Assembly: GCA_963674705.1 (NCBI GenBank)
Contig: OY771506.1
Location: forward strand, 4,064,001 to 4,128,000
Direction: 5' to 3'
DNA length: 64,000 nucleotides
DNA from: Phycisphaeraceae bacterium
GTDB taxonomy: Bacteria > Planctomycetota > Phycisphaerae > Phycisphaerales > Phycisphaeraceae
Position 1 is the first letter of the stretch. Each line of letters starts with the position of its first letter. A model generated the notes under the pieces. It saw only the letters and a list, made by a program, of their open reading frames with translations. It was not told the DNA's origin and did not search any database. The position numbers were made by a program, and so were the translations under genes. Shown here piece by piece: positions 1 through 10,722 of this stretch.

Positions 1-569
1 GACGGCTTAAGAAGCACTGGCAACTGCTTTGTCTGGATTCAGCTGAGCCGCAGTTGTTCTGGTCACGTGGGGCGCTGGGTTACGAACAGATGAACGAGGT
101 CACACAGTTCATCAATTCACTCACGGTAGATGATGCGTTGATTGTGCTCTGTCATTACCCCGCCAAGATACCAAGCGGGATTCCTTACTCCTGGGGTCAC
201 GCGCTTGCAGAGGATAAGCAACTGCATCAGATGTTCACAGAAAGCCCGGCCCGGATCGTCTTTGCACACGGACACATCCACAAACCCTGGCAATGGGACC
301 CGGCCAACGGCGGCAAAACCGGCAACGGTGACAACTCCGGACTGATGTACCTGAACACCGGCTCTCCCTGTCTGACCAGCAACCAGTATCCGTATGGCCA
401 AGGGTTCTGGGAGATGGTTTTGCCGGACGATCCGTGGGGGCCACTAGAACTGATCCACCACATCCCTGAAGCAAGCGACGGCAGCAAGCCCACCGCACAG
501 CAGCGTCGCGCCGCCAGTCAACAAACCGGAAAACTCGATCTGCGATGGGTAATTCAGCGGGTCTTATGA
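1..569 (+). CDS. Metallophosphoesterase, C-terminal part (5' end outside or at window edge)
   Basis: Motifs VLCHYP, FAHGHIHK and NTGS match calcineurin-like phosphoesterase motifs IV-V. Confidence 0.6.
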   Translation, partial: RLKKHWQLLCLDSAEPQLFWSRGALGYEQMNEVTQFINSLTVDDALIVLCHYPAKIPSGIPYSWGHALAEDKQLHQMFTESPARIVFAHGHIHKPWQWDPANGGKTGNGDNSGLMYLNTGSPCLTSNQYPYGQGFWEMVLPDDPWGPLELIHHIPEASDGSKPTAQQRRAASQQTGKLDLRWVIQRVL

Positions 570-715
570 AACCTGTTGGGATTGTGGCGGCACTTTGTTA
601 TGCGCATTGTTCTATTGCGTGTAAGAACCTGAATAGACCCACCATAAACGGCCGATCTTTCTAAAGGCCGGTGCGTACAATCCGCACCGCCTGCTGAACT
701 TTATCGGAGCCAGCT

Positions 716-2599
716 ATGTGTGGAATCGTTGCATACGTCGGGAATAAGCCGTCCGTTCCCTTACTGATCGAGGGGCTCAAACGGCTGGAGTATCGTGGAT
801 ACGATTCGGCAGGCCTGGCGGTCGTTACAGACGAAGGTATCCAAGTGCGTAAGAGCCTGGGCCGTGTCAGTGTGCTTGAAGATCAGGTTGAGCAAGAGGG
901 CATGGCCCTGGATGCCGCGGTCGGTATCGCGCACACACGCTGGGCGACACATGGCGAACCAAGCGTACCCAACGCACATCCGCACACCGGCAAGACCAGA
1001 CAAGGCCACACCATCGCCATCGTTCACAACGGCATCATCGAGAACTATGCATCGCTGCGCAAATACCTTGAAGGCAAAGGTCATGTTTTCGAGAGCCAGA
1101 CAGATACCGAGGTACTCGCCAAGCTGATCGCGGAACTGTACGAGACCGACCTCGAATCAGCGGTCCAAAAAGCGCTACGCGAAGTCACCGGCGCGTATGC
1201 AATTGCAGCGTTGTGTGATATCGAACCACATACGTTGATCTGTGCGCGTAAGGGTTCACCTTTGATCGTCGGCATAGCTGACCGCAGTTATATCGTTGCT
1301 TCTGATGCATCAGCGATTGTCAGTCACACGACACAGGTCATTACGCTGGATGATTACCAGGTCGTGCGTCTCTGTGCGGGTAAACGCGACAAGTACACGC
1401 CGCAGCAGGGGCCTTGGGCGGTCGAGTTCCGCACGACCACGCTGGACAACCAGCCGGTCACGCGGGAAGTTTCTGAACTGGAGATGGACCTTCAGCAGAT
1501 CGAACTGGGGGGATACCCGCACTTCATGCTCAAGGAAATCATGGAGCAGCCCGAGAGCCTGCGAAACTGTCTGCGCGGCCGGATCGATCGGCGTGAAGGC
1601 CGAGTGGTGCTAGGCGGATTGAGCAATATCACACGGGAACTGGTCCGAGCGAAACGCTTCCTGTTTACAGGTCAAGGCACGGCCTACCACGCCGGGCTCA
1701 TCGGCGAATACTTGATGGAAGACCTGGCTAAGGTCCCGGCACGCTGTGAATACGCCAGCGAGTTTCGCTACCGTAATCCGATCATCGAGGATGGCACGGT
1801 CATGGTGGCAGTCAGCCAATCCGGCGAAACAGCCGACACACTAGCGGCACTCAACGAAGCCAAGGATCGCGGGGCGATCGCGATCGGTGCGGTCAACTCG
1901 GTGGGCTCGAGCATCGCACGCACGACCGATGCGGGGGTGTACCTGCACGTCGGGCCTGAAATCGGCGTGGCATCGACCAAGGCGTTTGTCGGCCAGGTCG
2001 CGGTGCTGACGCTGCTGTCCCTGTTCGTTGGCAAACGCAGGTTTTTGTCTAACGAGGCGGTCAGCGAATATCTCAGGCAGTTGGAGCAGGTGCCGGACCA
2101 TATCCAGCACGTGCTCAAGCAGTCGGACCACATCCGAGAATGTGTCAAGAAGGTTGTGGATCGAGATAACTGGCTGTTCCTTGGGCGTGGATACAACTAC
2201 CCCGTCGCGGTGGAAGGGGCGCTGAAACTCAAGGAAATCTCGTATATCCATGCCGAGGGCATGCCGGCCGCTGAGATGAAGCATGGCCCGATCGCCCTGA
2301 TCGATGAGGGTATGCCGGTCGTCTTCCTGGCAACCAAAGGCACCCAGTATGAGAAGGTCATCTCGAATATCGAGGAGGTCCGCTCCCGGGGCGGCCGGAT
2401 TATCGCGGTGGCGACCGAGGGGGACCAGGAGATCGAACGTTACGCCGACGCCGTATTCACCATCCCGCCGATGCCGGACGCCTTACAGCCGCTGGTCAGC
2501 GTTGTGCCGCTGCAATTGCTGGCCTACCACGCCGCCGTCCTGCGCGGCCACGATGTCGATAAGCCCCGTAACCTCGCCAAGAGCGTCACCGTCGAATAA
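716..2599 (+). CDS. glmS: Glutamine--fructose-6-phosphate aminotransferase (isomerizing)
   Basis: N-terminal MCGIV, HTRWATHG, SQSGETADT, C-terminal PRNLAKSVTVE. Confidence 0.98.
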   Translation: MCGIVAYVGNKPSVPLLIEGLKRLEYRGYDSAGLAVVTDEGIQVRKSLGRVSVLEDQVEQEGMALDAAVGIAHTRWATHGEPSVPNAHPHTGKTRQGHTIAIVHNGIIENYASLRKYLEGKGHVFESQTDTEVLAKLIAELYETDLESAVQKALREVTGAYAIAALCDIEPHTLICARKGSPLIVGIADRSYIVASDASAIVSHTTQVITLDDYQVVRLCAGKRDKYTPQQGPWAVEFRTTTLDNQPVTREVSELEMDLQQIELGGYPHFMLKEIMEQPESLRNCLRGRIDRREGRVVLGGLSNITRELVRAKRFLFTGQGTAYHAGLIGEYLMEDLAKVPARCEYASEFRYRNPIIEDGTVMVAVSQSGETADTLAALNEAKDRGAIAIGAVNSVGSSIARTTDAGVYLHVGPEIGVASTKAFVGQVAVLTLLSLFVGKRRFLSNEAVSEYLRQLEQVPDHIQHVLKQSDHIRECVKKVVDRDNWLFLGRGYNYPVAVEGALKLKEISYIHAEGMPAAEMKHGPIALIDEGMPVVFLATKGTQYEKVISNIEEVRSRGGRIIAVATEGDQEIERYADAVFTIPPMPDALQPLVSVVPLQLLAYHAAVLRGHDVDKPRNLAKSVTVE

Positions 2600-2699
2600 G
2601 CGTTTGTCAGATATCAACATCTAAAAAATGACCTGCCGTGCCTCCTAGGCCCGGTCTTGTTACAATCCCTGTATTCGACCCAGGCACGGAGAGCTTGAG

Positions 2700-3185
2700 A
2701 TGACACGATCGATTCAAATGACCGTTATGCTGGCACTGGTTTGTCTATTCACCCTTGGCTGCCAGACCTATGTCAATATCCCCAAACAAACCGGTGACGC
2801 CGCCAGCCACGACCCGAACGGCAAGACCGTCCGTGAAGTACTCATCCTGGCGGTGCATACCGCGTTAATTGACGGCGATGTCAAGGGTCCGGTCCAGCTC
2901 ATGCTCCCGGAAAACACCAGCTCCCTGACATACGCCTACATCGCCAATGCCTTGGGAGACGAGGTCGTGGTGGCGAATGAGAAGTCGGACCAGACCGCCG
3001 TAGCGGAAGGTGTGGTGCTTGCCAAGGGCATCCGTATCCGTGGCCACAAGGCCGAGGTCGACATCGTCCGACCCACCGGCGGCGGCACCGATCAGCTTGT
3101 CACCGTCTACCTGAACTGGAAAACCATTGGCGGCTGGAACGCTGACATGGTCCGCGTCTGGCACGGCGTGTCGATCGAGGATTAA
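2700..3185 (+). CDS. Hypothetical lipoprotein
   Basis: Hydrophobic leader ending in lipobox FTLG-C; GGAGAG upstream. Confidence 0.7.
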   Translation: MTRSIQMTVMLALVCLFTLGCQTYVNIPKQTGDAASHDPNGKTVREVLILAVHTALIDGDVKGPVQLMLPENTSSLTYAYIANALGDEVVVANEKSDQTAVAEGVVLAKGIRIRGHKAEVDIVRPTGGGTDQLVTVYLNWKTIGGWNADMVRVWHGVSIED

Positions 3186-3249
3186 ATCAGACCTGTCTGC
3201 GAAAAAACCTCCAGGGAATGAATCTAACTCACGCAAGGAGGCTGTGAAG

Positions 3250-3888
3250 ATGACATTCAAGACAACGTTGCTACTGGTTGCCATCCTGCTGTCTGGATCA
3301 TGGGGCGTGTCCGTGAACGCACAGGATGCGCAGACACCTGCAGCCTCGGCCGAGCCGCCTCACGCGCAAGCTGATAGTACAACACCGGCCCCAAGCGCTG
3401 AGCCTGAAGCAACTACCGACGAGCAGGCTGCTCAAAAGAAGATGGATGAGTTATTCAACTCAACAGAGCCGGCGCCGGTCATCGAACCTTCGGAATCACC
3501 GGTTAAAAGGAATAATCCTCAATTCACCGCCCCGGCTTCGACCTCGGTCGATATCGATCCGGAGGTCCTGGGTATAGCACCCGGAGATGATCCGCCACCG
3601 CTACGTCGGGAAGGCGAATTTATCTTCAACCGTCGCGGCCGAATGATCCGCTCACCGGAGAGCGGCCATCGTCTGTTCGTATTAGAGTCTGATGCCAGTC
3701 ATTCCCCGGAACTGCCGCTGGTCCTTCAGGCATGCCAGATCCTCGAAACGATGGAAAGCATCGTCGAACGGCGGGGCGACACTACCGTCTTCATCCTTTC
3801 CGGACAGGTCCATACCTACCGCGGCGCAAATTACCTGCTGCCGACGATGATGAATACCGCTGCCAATACAGGCAACCTCACAAACTAA
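3250..3888 (+). CDS. Secreted hypothetical protein with Pro/Ala-rich linker
   Basis: ATG at 3250 after AAGGAGG; signal peptide MTFKTTLLLVAILL...VNA. Confidence 0.7.
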   Translation: MTFKTTLLLVAILLSGSWGVSVNAQDAQTPAASAEPPHAQADSTTPAPSAEPEATTDEQAAQKKMDELFNSTEPAPVIEPSESPVKRNNPQFTAPASTSVDIDPEVLGIAPGDDPPPLRREGEFIFNRRGRMIRSPESGHRLFVLESDASHSPELPLVLQACQILETMESIVERRGDTTVFILSGQVHTYRGANYLLPTMMNTAANTGNLTN

Positions 3889-3909
3889 CCCCGTCGCGAC
3901 ATCAAAAAC

Positions 3910-5004
3910 TCACAACGACGCCACAGGCATCAGTGGGCCGTCGTGTTTCATCAGCGATTCACATTGCGCTTTACCATCCAGCACACGCAGGACCAGGTCG
4001 TACTTGCGGCATTGGCCCGGCTTAAGTGTCGTGCCGGCAAGCGTACCGGGATCGTTGTCTTTACCGAGTAGCGAGCCATAGAAAGGTTCGATCCCCGTGA
4101 CGTAACTGCCGCTCGGGCTGAAGTGCTGCCAGTTCACAAAACGGGGCAACTGCTTTTTGACAAATTCCAGTTCAAGACCGATACGGCGTTTTGGATTGAC
4201 TAAGCCGACGTGCACCTTGCCTTTCCGATCTGCGGGGGGATCGGCAAAGATGCAGTCTTCTTCAGCACCCGTGTGCATCGCGCCTGGGATACGTTTGAAA
4301 CGGTTGAGTTTGGCTGCAGAAATCACCTTGTCGGTGAAAGGATACAGGGAGGCTTTACCCTTGTAGATCAGCTTGGCGCCCTCATCGAGCAGGGGGTAGC
4401 CGAGGTTCACGTGGTAGAGCCAGTTATGATCCACGACGGTATCGCCAAGGTTGATCACTTCGTCGTGGATGTGAATCTCAGGCACACCCAGCTTGCAGCG
4501 GATCATTCGACGCACCTCAAACACCGGGCCGAACATACGGCTTTCGCGCATCACCATGGATATGGACATCGTATCCGTCCCGGTATGCGGATCGGGATTA
4601 TCGATGGCGGTCACCGAAGCGGGCGTATTGGAATGTCGGCCGTGCAGGGGAACCCAGTGCCCATCTTCAACCCGTGGCGCCCCCATGGTTTCGGGCCCAC
4701 AGGTGGTCATCAGCCCACCGGGCCAGGCGCGGAGCCAGTCGTCGTCACGGTTATTCCCGTGCGTTGGGGGACGGATACCGTTGGGCGTCCTGAACGCAAG
4801 GTTGGTGTTGTTGTAGGCCGCGTCGACGATGTCGCCGCCGCGTCCCAGTGCGATCGTGAATCGCAAGCCGCAGCCTGTATCAACCAACGCCACCCTGCAT
4901 CCCGGCCCGCCCCCGGCCTCCGGATAATCCAGCGTAGCGGTGCGGATCCCGCCAAGTTGCAGGGGATGTTCGTATCTGACTTCGCGTGATTTGGATCGTG
5001 CCAT
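3910..5004 (-). CDS. Aldose 1-epimerase family protein (DUF4432-like)
   Basis: GGLMTTCG, LHGRHSN, LYHVNLGYPLL, YVTGIEP motifs. Confidence 0.8.
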   Translation of the reverse strand: MARSKSREVRYEHPLQLGGIRTATLDYPEAGGGPGCRVALVDTGCGLRFTIALGRGGDIVDAAYNNTNLAFRTPNGIRPPTHGNNRDDDWLRAWPGGLMTTCGPETMGAPRVEDGHWVPLHGRHSNTPASVTAIDNPDPHTGTDTMSISMVMRESRMFGPVFEVRRMIRCKLGVPEIHIHDEVINLGDTVVDHNWLYHVNLGYPLLDEGAKLIYKGKASLYPFTDKVISAAKLNRFKRIPGAMHTGAEEDCIFADPPADRKGKVHVGLVNPKRRIGLELEFVKKQLPRFVNWQHFSPSGSYVTGIEPFYGSLLGKDNDPGTLAGTTLKPGQCRKYDLVLRVLDGKAQCESLMKHDGPLMPVASL

Positions 5005-5054
5005 GTAATTAGCATATAGTCGAATAATATTCTTGCACGCCGGAGTAAACAGCT

Positions 5055-5282
5055 ATGCCGATTTATGAATATGAGTGTGGAAAATGCGGACACGTGACCG
5101 AAGTACTGCGTTCGATGAGCGAGGCGGACAAACCACAAGCCTGTGAGTCCTGTGGCAGCAAGAAAACACACCGCTGCCAGAGTGAATTTGCGGCAGGGGG
5201 AGCCAAGGCAAACGAATGCTCTTTGCCCGCTGGCCCGGGTGGTTGTGGTTGTTGCGGGTGCGGATCGTGCCCGCATCACTAG
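5055..5282 (+). CDS. FmdB family zinc-ribbon protein
   Basis: MPIYEYECGKCG...CESCGS and Cys-rich tail. Confidence 0.88.
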   Translation: MPIYEYECGKCGHVTEVLRSMSEADKPQACESCGSKKTHRCQSEFAAGGAKANECSLPAGPGGCGCCGCGSCPHH

Positions 5283-5379
5283 CCACTTGACCGGAACATG
5301 TACCTATCCGATCAAACCTTACGTATACAACCAACTCGGTAGCGTAAGAAGTCTATCAATACAGTTTGAAGCGCAAAGA

Positions 5380-5412
5380 AAAACCCGGCCGAGTGGTTTC
5401 GCTTAGCCGGGT
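5380..5412 (-). terminator. Probable intrinsic terminator of the pnt operon
   Basis: ACCCGGC...GCCGGGT hairpin with an A-run on + (U-run on -) downstream of pntB. Confidence 0.5.
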
Positions 5413-5433
5413 CGCACTAACATCCAAGTGATA

Positions 5434-6876
5434 TTACGTTTCGGCAAGTTCGTTGGTCAGTTCGGTAACGACCTTCTTGGCGTCGCCAAAGATCATGCCG
5501 GTATTATCATTGAAGAACAGTTCGTTCTGGATACCCGCGAAACCGGGGTTCATCGACCGCTTGATGACGAAGACCTGACGGCTCTTGTCGACGTCGAGGA
5601 TAGGCATGCCGTAGATCGGGCTGCCCTCATCGTGACGTGCGGCCGGGTTGACCACGTCGTTGGCGCCGATGACCAGCGCGACGTCCGTCTGGTCGAATTC
5701 GGGGTTGATCTGGTCCAGGTCCAGCAACTGCTCGTACGGCACACCCGCTTCAGCCAGCAGCACGTTCATGTGGCCGGGCATACGGCCGGCAACGGGGTGG
5801 ATCGCATACATGACCCGGATGCCACGCTTCTGTAATTCCTCCGCAAACTCCTTCACGGCGTGCTGCGCCTGCGCCACCGCCATGCCGTAGCCGGGCACGA
5901 TCACGACCTGCTGGGCCGCGTCGAAGATGATCGCAGCATCTTCAGCCGTAAAGGCACGGGCCTCGCCCGTGATCTGCTTGCCACCCGTCACGACACCACC
6001 GACACCGCCGAACAGCACGTTCATCAGCGAGCGGTTCATGGCCTTACACATGATGCTGGTGAGGATGATACCGCTGGCACCGACCAGTGAGCCGGTGATG
6101 ATGAGCACGGCGTTGGAGAGCACGAACCCGGCCATCGCGGCGGCGATACCTGAATAGCTGTTCATGAGGGCGATGACGACGGGCATATCCGCACCGCCGA
6201 TACCGATGACCAGCAACACACCGAGGACCAGTGAGAGCACGGTGATGATGATGGGGATCCAGATCCATGTCGGCTCGGCGATCATGAGACCGCTGAGCCC
6301 TAGACCGGCAATAATCAGGAGGCTGATCAGTGCTTTACCGCCGACAAACTGCACGGGCTTGTCGGGGGCCCACTTGGTGCCCTGGAGCTTGCCGTAGGCG
6401 ATCAACGAGCCGGTGAAGGTCAGGCCGCCGACGAAGACGGTCAGCCCGATGGCCAATGCCGAATCCCAACTGATAGTGTCGATCAGGCGGAGGTTAGAAT
6501 CCGACAGGGAAGGACGGATAAAGTCGAGGCTGTACTCACCGCAAGCAACCAGCAGTGATGCAAGTCCGCCGAAACCGTTGAGCAGGGCGACCATCTGCGG
6601 CATACCGGTCATCTGTACCTTGGTGGCCATGAGGAAACCGGCAATCGACCCGATCACTAAGGCGATGGCAACCCAGATAAGGCTGATCACTTCACCGCCG
6701 CTGAGGAAGAAAAATGTGGCAACGGTTGCCAGGAGCATGCCCAGCGAAGAAACCAAGTTGCCTCGCTTAGCGGTGGGTACTTTGCTGAGCATCTTCAGAC
6801 CGAAGATGAACAGCACGGCGGCCAACAGGTAAACGAGATTCAGAGCGTCTATTTTGGTAAAGGCTAAGGTGTGCAT
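5434..6876 (-). CDS. pntB: NAD(P) transhydrogenase subunit beta
   Basis: IGGADMPVV, PGYGMAVAQAQ, HPVAGRMPGHMNVLLAEA, GANDVVNP. Confidence 0.97.
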   Translation of the reverse strand: MHTLAFTKIDALNLVYLLAAVLFIFGLKMLSKVPTAKRGNLVSSLGMLLATVATFFFLSGGEVISLIWVAIALVIGSIAGFLMATKVQMTGMPQMVALLNGFGGLASLLVACGEYSLDFIRPSLSDSNLRLIDTISWDSALAIGLTVFVGGLTFTGSLIAYGKLQGTKWAPDKPVQFVGGKALISLLIIAGLGLSGLMIAEPTWIWIPIIITVLSLVLGVLLVIGIGGADMPVVIALMNSYSGIAAAMAGFVLSNAVLIITGSLVGASGIILTSIMCKAMNRSLMNVLFGGVGGVVTGGKQITGEARAFTAEDAAIIFDAAQQVVIVPGYGMAVAQAQHAVKEFAEELQKRGIRVMYAIHPVAGRMPGHMNVLLAEAGVPYEQLLDLDQINPEFDQTDVALVIGANDVVNPAARHDEGSPIYGMPILDVDKSRQVFVIKRSMNPGFAGIQNELFFNDNTGMIFGDAKKVVTELTNELAET

Positions 6877-6884
6877 AGCGATCC

Positions 6885-7169
6885 TTACTTATCCTTCTTG
6901 ACAAACATGTCCAGCATGCGGTTGGTGACGACGTACCCGCCAACGACGTTGATCGTGGCGAAAATGATCGCCAGGAAACCAAGGATCACACCAAAGGAAC
7001 CGAGTGTGTCGCTGAACGAACACAAGAGGGCACCCACAATAGTGATACCACTGATCGCGTTTGATCCGCTCATCAGCGGAGTGTGCAACGTGGCAGGCAC
7101 CTTGGTGATCACCTCAAACCCGATGAAGATCGCGAGCACGAAGATGATGAGACTGGTTACAAAATCCAT
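6885..7169 (-). CDS. pntAb: NAD(P) transhydrogenase alpha subunit part 2
   Basis: LHTPLMSGSNAISG, NVVGGYVVTNRMLDMF. Confidence 0.95.
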   Translation of the reverse strand: MDFVTSLIIFVLAIFIGFEVITKVPATLHTPLMSGSNAISGITIVGALLCSFSDTLGSFGVILGFLAIIFATINVVGGYVVTNRMLDMFVKKDK

Positions 7170-7202
7170 GGAAGTATTCCGTATCGTGTGTCTGGTTTAG
7201 AT

Positions 7203-8339
7203 TCAAAGTTCCTTGCGTACTTCGCCATTATGCGTAATCACGCCGCCGTCCTGAACTTCGTCTTCGAGATTAATTTTGAGCTGGCCTTCAACGATCAGGT
7301 CCTTGAGGAGGTTGAACACGTTGTTGGCGTAAGCCTGAGAAGCGTGGGTGGGGATCAGCGAAGGCAGGTTGAGTGTGCCCACGATGGTCACACCGTTGTC
7401 GGTGGTGACCACCTCGCCGGGCTTGGTCAACTCGCAGTTGCCCCGGCCGTGCTCGGGATTGGCGGCCAGGTCGACGATCACGCCACCGGGTGGCATCTTG
7501 TTGACCACATCTGCCGGGATCAGCATCGGCGGAGCCTTACCGAAGACCGCAGCGGTGGTCACCACCACGTCGGCGCCGACGATGTGCTTGGTCATCAATT
7601 CGGTCTGCTTGCGTTGCTGCTCTTCGCTCTGTTCCTTGGCATAACCGCCAGCGGTTTCTGCGTCGGTGGTTTCCATAGGCAACTCGACAAAGCGGGCGCC
7701 CAAGGATTGCACCTGCTCCTTCGTTGCGGGCCGTACATCGTAGGCTTCGACGATCGCGCCCAATCGTTTGGCGGTGGCGATCGCCTGCAAGCCGGCGACG
7801 CCGACGCCGATGATGAATACCTTGGCCGGGGCAAGCGTGCCCGCGGCGGTGATCATCATCGGGAACATCTTCGAGCAGTGGTCCGCACCGAGCAGCACTG
7901 CCTTGTACCCGCCGATGTTCGCCTGGCTGGACAATACGTCCATTGCCTGGGCACGGCTGATACGCGGGATAAATTCCAGCGATACAGCGGTGACCTTACG
8001 GTCCGCCAGCTTACGCATCAGATCGGCGTTCTGGAACGGAGCGAGCATGCCGACCAGCACGGACCCTTCCTTCATCTGCGCGATCTGTGATTCGCTTGGG
8101 GGATTGATCACTGTGACGACATCGGCCTCGGCCCAGATAGCTGCGGGGGCTTCGCCGTCACTCGGCACAACTGTAGCACCGGCATCGGTAAAGGCCTGAT
8201 CGCGGATGTGGGCGCCATCGCCCGCACCGGATTCGACCACGACCTCGACTTCCATCCCGACAAGCTTCTTGACTACCTGTGCGGTCAGGGCAACACGGGT
8301 TTCGCCTTGCCCACTTTGTTTGGGAACTGATAGTTTCAT
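7203..8339 (-). CDS. pntAa: NAD(P) transhydrogenase alpha subunit part 1
   Basis: ETRVALT, RISRAQAMDVLSSQANIGGY, GVGVAGLQAIATA; start set at MKLSVPK. Confidence 0.95.
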   Translation of the reverse strand: MKLSVPKQSGQGETRVALTAQVVKKLVGMEVEVVVESGAGDGAHIRDQAFTDAGATVVPSDGEAPAAIWAEADVVTVINPPSESQIAQMKEGSVLVGMLAPFQNADLMRKLADRKVTAVSLEFIPRISRAQAMDVLSSQANIGGYKAVLLGADHCSKMFPMMITAAGTLAPAKVFIIGVGVAGLQAIATAKRLGAIVEAYDVRPATKEQVQSLGARFVELPMETTDAETAGGYAKEQSEEQQRKQTELMTKHIVGADVVVTTAAVFGKAPPMLIPADVVNKMPPGGVIVDLAANPEHGRGNCELTKPGEVVTTDNGVTIVGTLNLPSLIPTHASQAYANNVFNLLKDLIVEGQLKINLEDEVQDGGVITHNGEVRKEL

Positions 8340-8447
8340 GCGTTTTCCTGGATGAGCTATCAAAAGATGGTGGGATATTACAATCTTGTCACAATCTTGT
8401 CACATATGGAAAACTAGAGCCGCCCAGAAATATTTAAGATCATTAGA

Positions 8448-8861
8448 ATGCCAAATATGAGATTCACTAGTTTCCAAGTTCCCACCCACGATCGTGACCA
8501 GATGATAGAGGTGACTGGCACAATTCGCAAAATCGTCGCAGATTCCAGCGTACAAAATGGCAGGGCAACGGTTTATGTCCCACACACGACCGCCGGTGTG
8601 ACCATCAACGAAAACGCTGATCCGGACGTGGTTCACGACATGCTCAAGCAACTGGATCTGATGGTGCCATGGTCGCAACCTTTCTACCGACACGCTGAAG
8701 GCAACAGCGCCTCACACGTCAAAGCATCAATGATGGGCTCGAGTGTGACCGTTCTGATTCAAGACGGTCGACTTGTGCTTGGTACGTGGCAGGGGGTATG
8801 GTTCTGTGAATTCGATGGCCCAAGGACGCGTAAAGTCCACGTGTGTCTCGAAGGTAGTTGA
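8448..8861 (+). CDS. yjbQ: YjbQ/UPF0047 family protein
   Basis: PHTTAGVTINENADPDV, HAEGNSASHVK, LGTWQGVWFCEFDGPR. Confidence 0.93.
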   Translation: MPNMRFTSFQVPTHDRDQMIEVTGTIRKIVADSSVQNGRATVYVPHTTAGVTINENADPDVVHDMLKQLDLMVPWSQPFYRHAEGNSASHVKASMMGSSVTVLIQDGRLVLGTWQGVWFCEFDGPRTRKVHVCLEGS

Positions 8862-9029
8862 GAAATAGACCGTAGTTAGAATGTCAGCATCCTAAGATAG
8901 TCGAGAATCAATTTCTGAGTTAATCCACCAATTCACCAATCACCCGGCCCTTCGCTTCGCTCAGGTCCGGCGTTGGTAAAGAAACATCACAGAACCGATA
9001 CCCGAACCACGAAAGACGAAAGACGAACC

Positions 9030-9482
9030 ATGCCCGATTACCCGCAAGTCCTGATGAGCACCAGCGAAGGCGATATCAAACTCGAACTCTGGAATGATGT
9101 TGCGCCCGGTCATACCGAAAACTTCCTCAAACTCATTGATGAGGGTTTTTATGACGGATTAAGTTTCCACCGGATAATCCCCGGATTCATGATCCAAGGC
9201 GGCTGCCCGCTAGGTAACGGCACGGGTGGACCCGGCTGGCAGATCAAGGCTGAATTCAACGACCGCGAACACCAGCCCGGCGTGCTTTCCATGGCTCGAA
9301 GCCAGGACCCGGATTCTGCGGGTTCACAGTTTTTCATCTGTCTTACGCGTGAAAACTGTCAGCACCTTGATGGTCAATACACCGCTTTCGGCAAGGTACT
9401 CGAAGGCATGGATGTGGTTAAAAAAATCGGTCAATCCGCCAATGGTCCCGCGCCGGTAATGAAGAAAGTCGCCCGCGCATAA
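9030..9482 (+). CDS. Cyclophilin-type peptidyl-prolyl isomerase
   Basis: FHRIIPGFMIQGG, SMARS, SAGSQFFI, HLDGQYTAFG. Confidence 0.95.
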   Translation: MPDYPQVLMSTSEGDIKLELWNDVAPGHTENFLKLIDEGFYDGLSFHRIIPGFMIQGGCPLGNGTGGPGWQIKAEFNDREHQPGVLSMARSQDPDSAGSQFFICLTRENCQHLDGQYTAFGKVLEGMDVVKKIGQSANGPAPVMKKVARA

Positions 9483-9711
9483 ATCAGGCAATTTGCTTGT
9501 GATCTTTGCGTGCAAAAATACCCTTATCCGACGGCATGATGACTGAAAAAACAAACCCCGCTGTCGCCGAAGCGACAACGGGGCGGAGGGGAGAAAGCAC
9601 GTTAATAGCTAGATACTCGACCTATAGAGATTCCAGTCTCCACTTTTTTAGTTGAAGAAGTCTCCAACTTCAAGCAGAAACATTACCCAGTTTACCAGAT
9701 TGTGGATAACT

Positions 9712-10680
9712 CTAGTCTTTCTCCAGCCTTTGTTTAGCGAGCAATGCGGCTCCGATAATCCCGGCGTCATCGCCCAACTTACTCGCCACTATCTTACACT
9801 TAGAATGGCCCGGAGGGAAGACGTATTCTTCGTAAACTTCACGAATTAGCGTAATCCAGTCATTTTCCAAGGCCTCCGTGAGCCCACCGCCGACCACCAC
9901 ACAGGGTAAGCTCAGCAGGGTAACCACGTTGGCGATACTGACGCCTAGATAATGGGCCGCCTGTCCGATAACTGAAACTGTCAGTTCATCGCCTTTTTTG
10001 AACGCCTCAGACAGGATTTTTGATCTCACCTTACTCATGTCACCCCCGGTCAGCTCTGTGATCATGCTGCTGTGGTTGGCCTCGATCAACTGCCCGAGCT
10101 GGTTGACGACGTTCCGCCTGCTCGCCAGGTCTTCCAGTGTTCGCTGGCCCAGCGGGGCGTCGCCACGGATGATGGTGTGGCCGATTTCGCCCGCGGTCAT
10201 ATTGACGCCGTGATAAAGATCGCCGTTGATAATTAATCCACCACCGATCCCTGTCCCCACAAAAATACCCAGCATGTCAGTAAAACCTTTGCCTGCTCCG
10301 GCTTTGTACTCACCCCAGGTCCCGACGTTCACATCGTTGTCAACGACTACGGGAATACCCAGTTCTTTCTTAAGTTCACTGGCTAATGGGAAGTCATTCC
10401 AGCGAAGATTCACCGCTTCGATCACAACACCTTGTTCGATGTTGATGGCACCGGGCGCACCAATGCCCAAAGCGGTGATGTCTTTCGTAGTGCATTCCGC
10501 TTTTTCACAAAGTGATTCCACTAATTTAGAGATGCGTTTGATGACGGCATCCTCGCCGCCTTCAGCTTTCGTCTTGACGCGGTCGTTGGCGATGACTTTG
10601 CCATCGCTGTCAACCACACCGCCTTGGATATTCGTGCCCCCAAGATCGATACCGATGTAGGCCTTACCATTCTTGGCCAT
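9712..10680 (-). CDS. ROK family sugar kinase
   Basis: GIDLGGT, DNDVN, GTGIGGG, AGEIGH. Confidence 0.92.
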   Translation of the reverse strand: MAKNGKAYIGIDLGGTNIQGGVVDSDGKVIANDRVKTKAEGGEDAVIKRISKLVESLCEKAECTTKDITALGIGAPGAINIEQGVVIEAVNLRWNDFPLASELKKELGIPVVVDNDVNVGTWGEYKAGAGKGFTDMLGIFVGTGIGGGLIINGDLYHGVNMTAGEIGHTIIRGDAPLGQRTLEDLASRRNVVNQLGQLIEANHSSMITELTGGDMSKVRSKILSEAFKKGDELTVSVIGQAAHYLGVSIANVVTLLSLPCVVVGGGLTEALENDWITLIREVYEEYVFPPGHSKCKIVASKLGDDAGIIGAALLAKQRLEKD

Positions 10681-10722
10681 CCTGTGTTTCCTCCATGCAA
10701 TACTTCAGTGGGTGCGTCCTGC

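Noticed and set aside
570..715. glmS ribozyme upstream of glmS
   Set aside because: No recognisable ribozyme core by eye and the leader is short; an Rfam scan would be needed.
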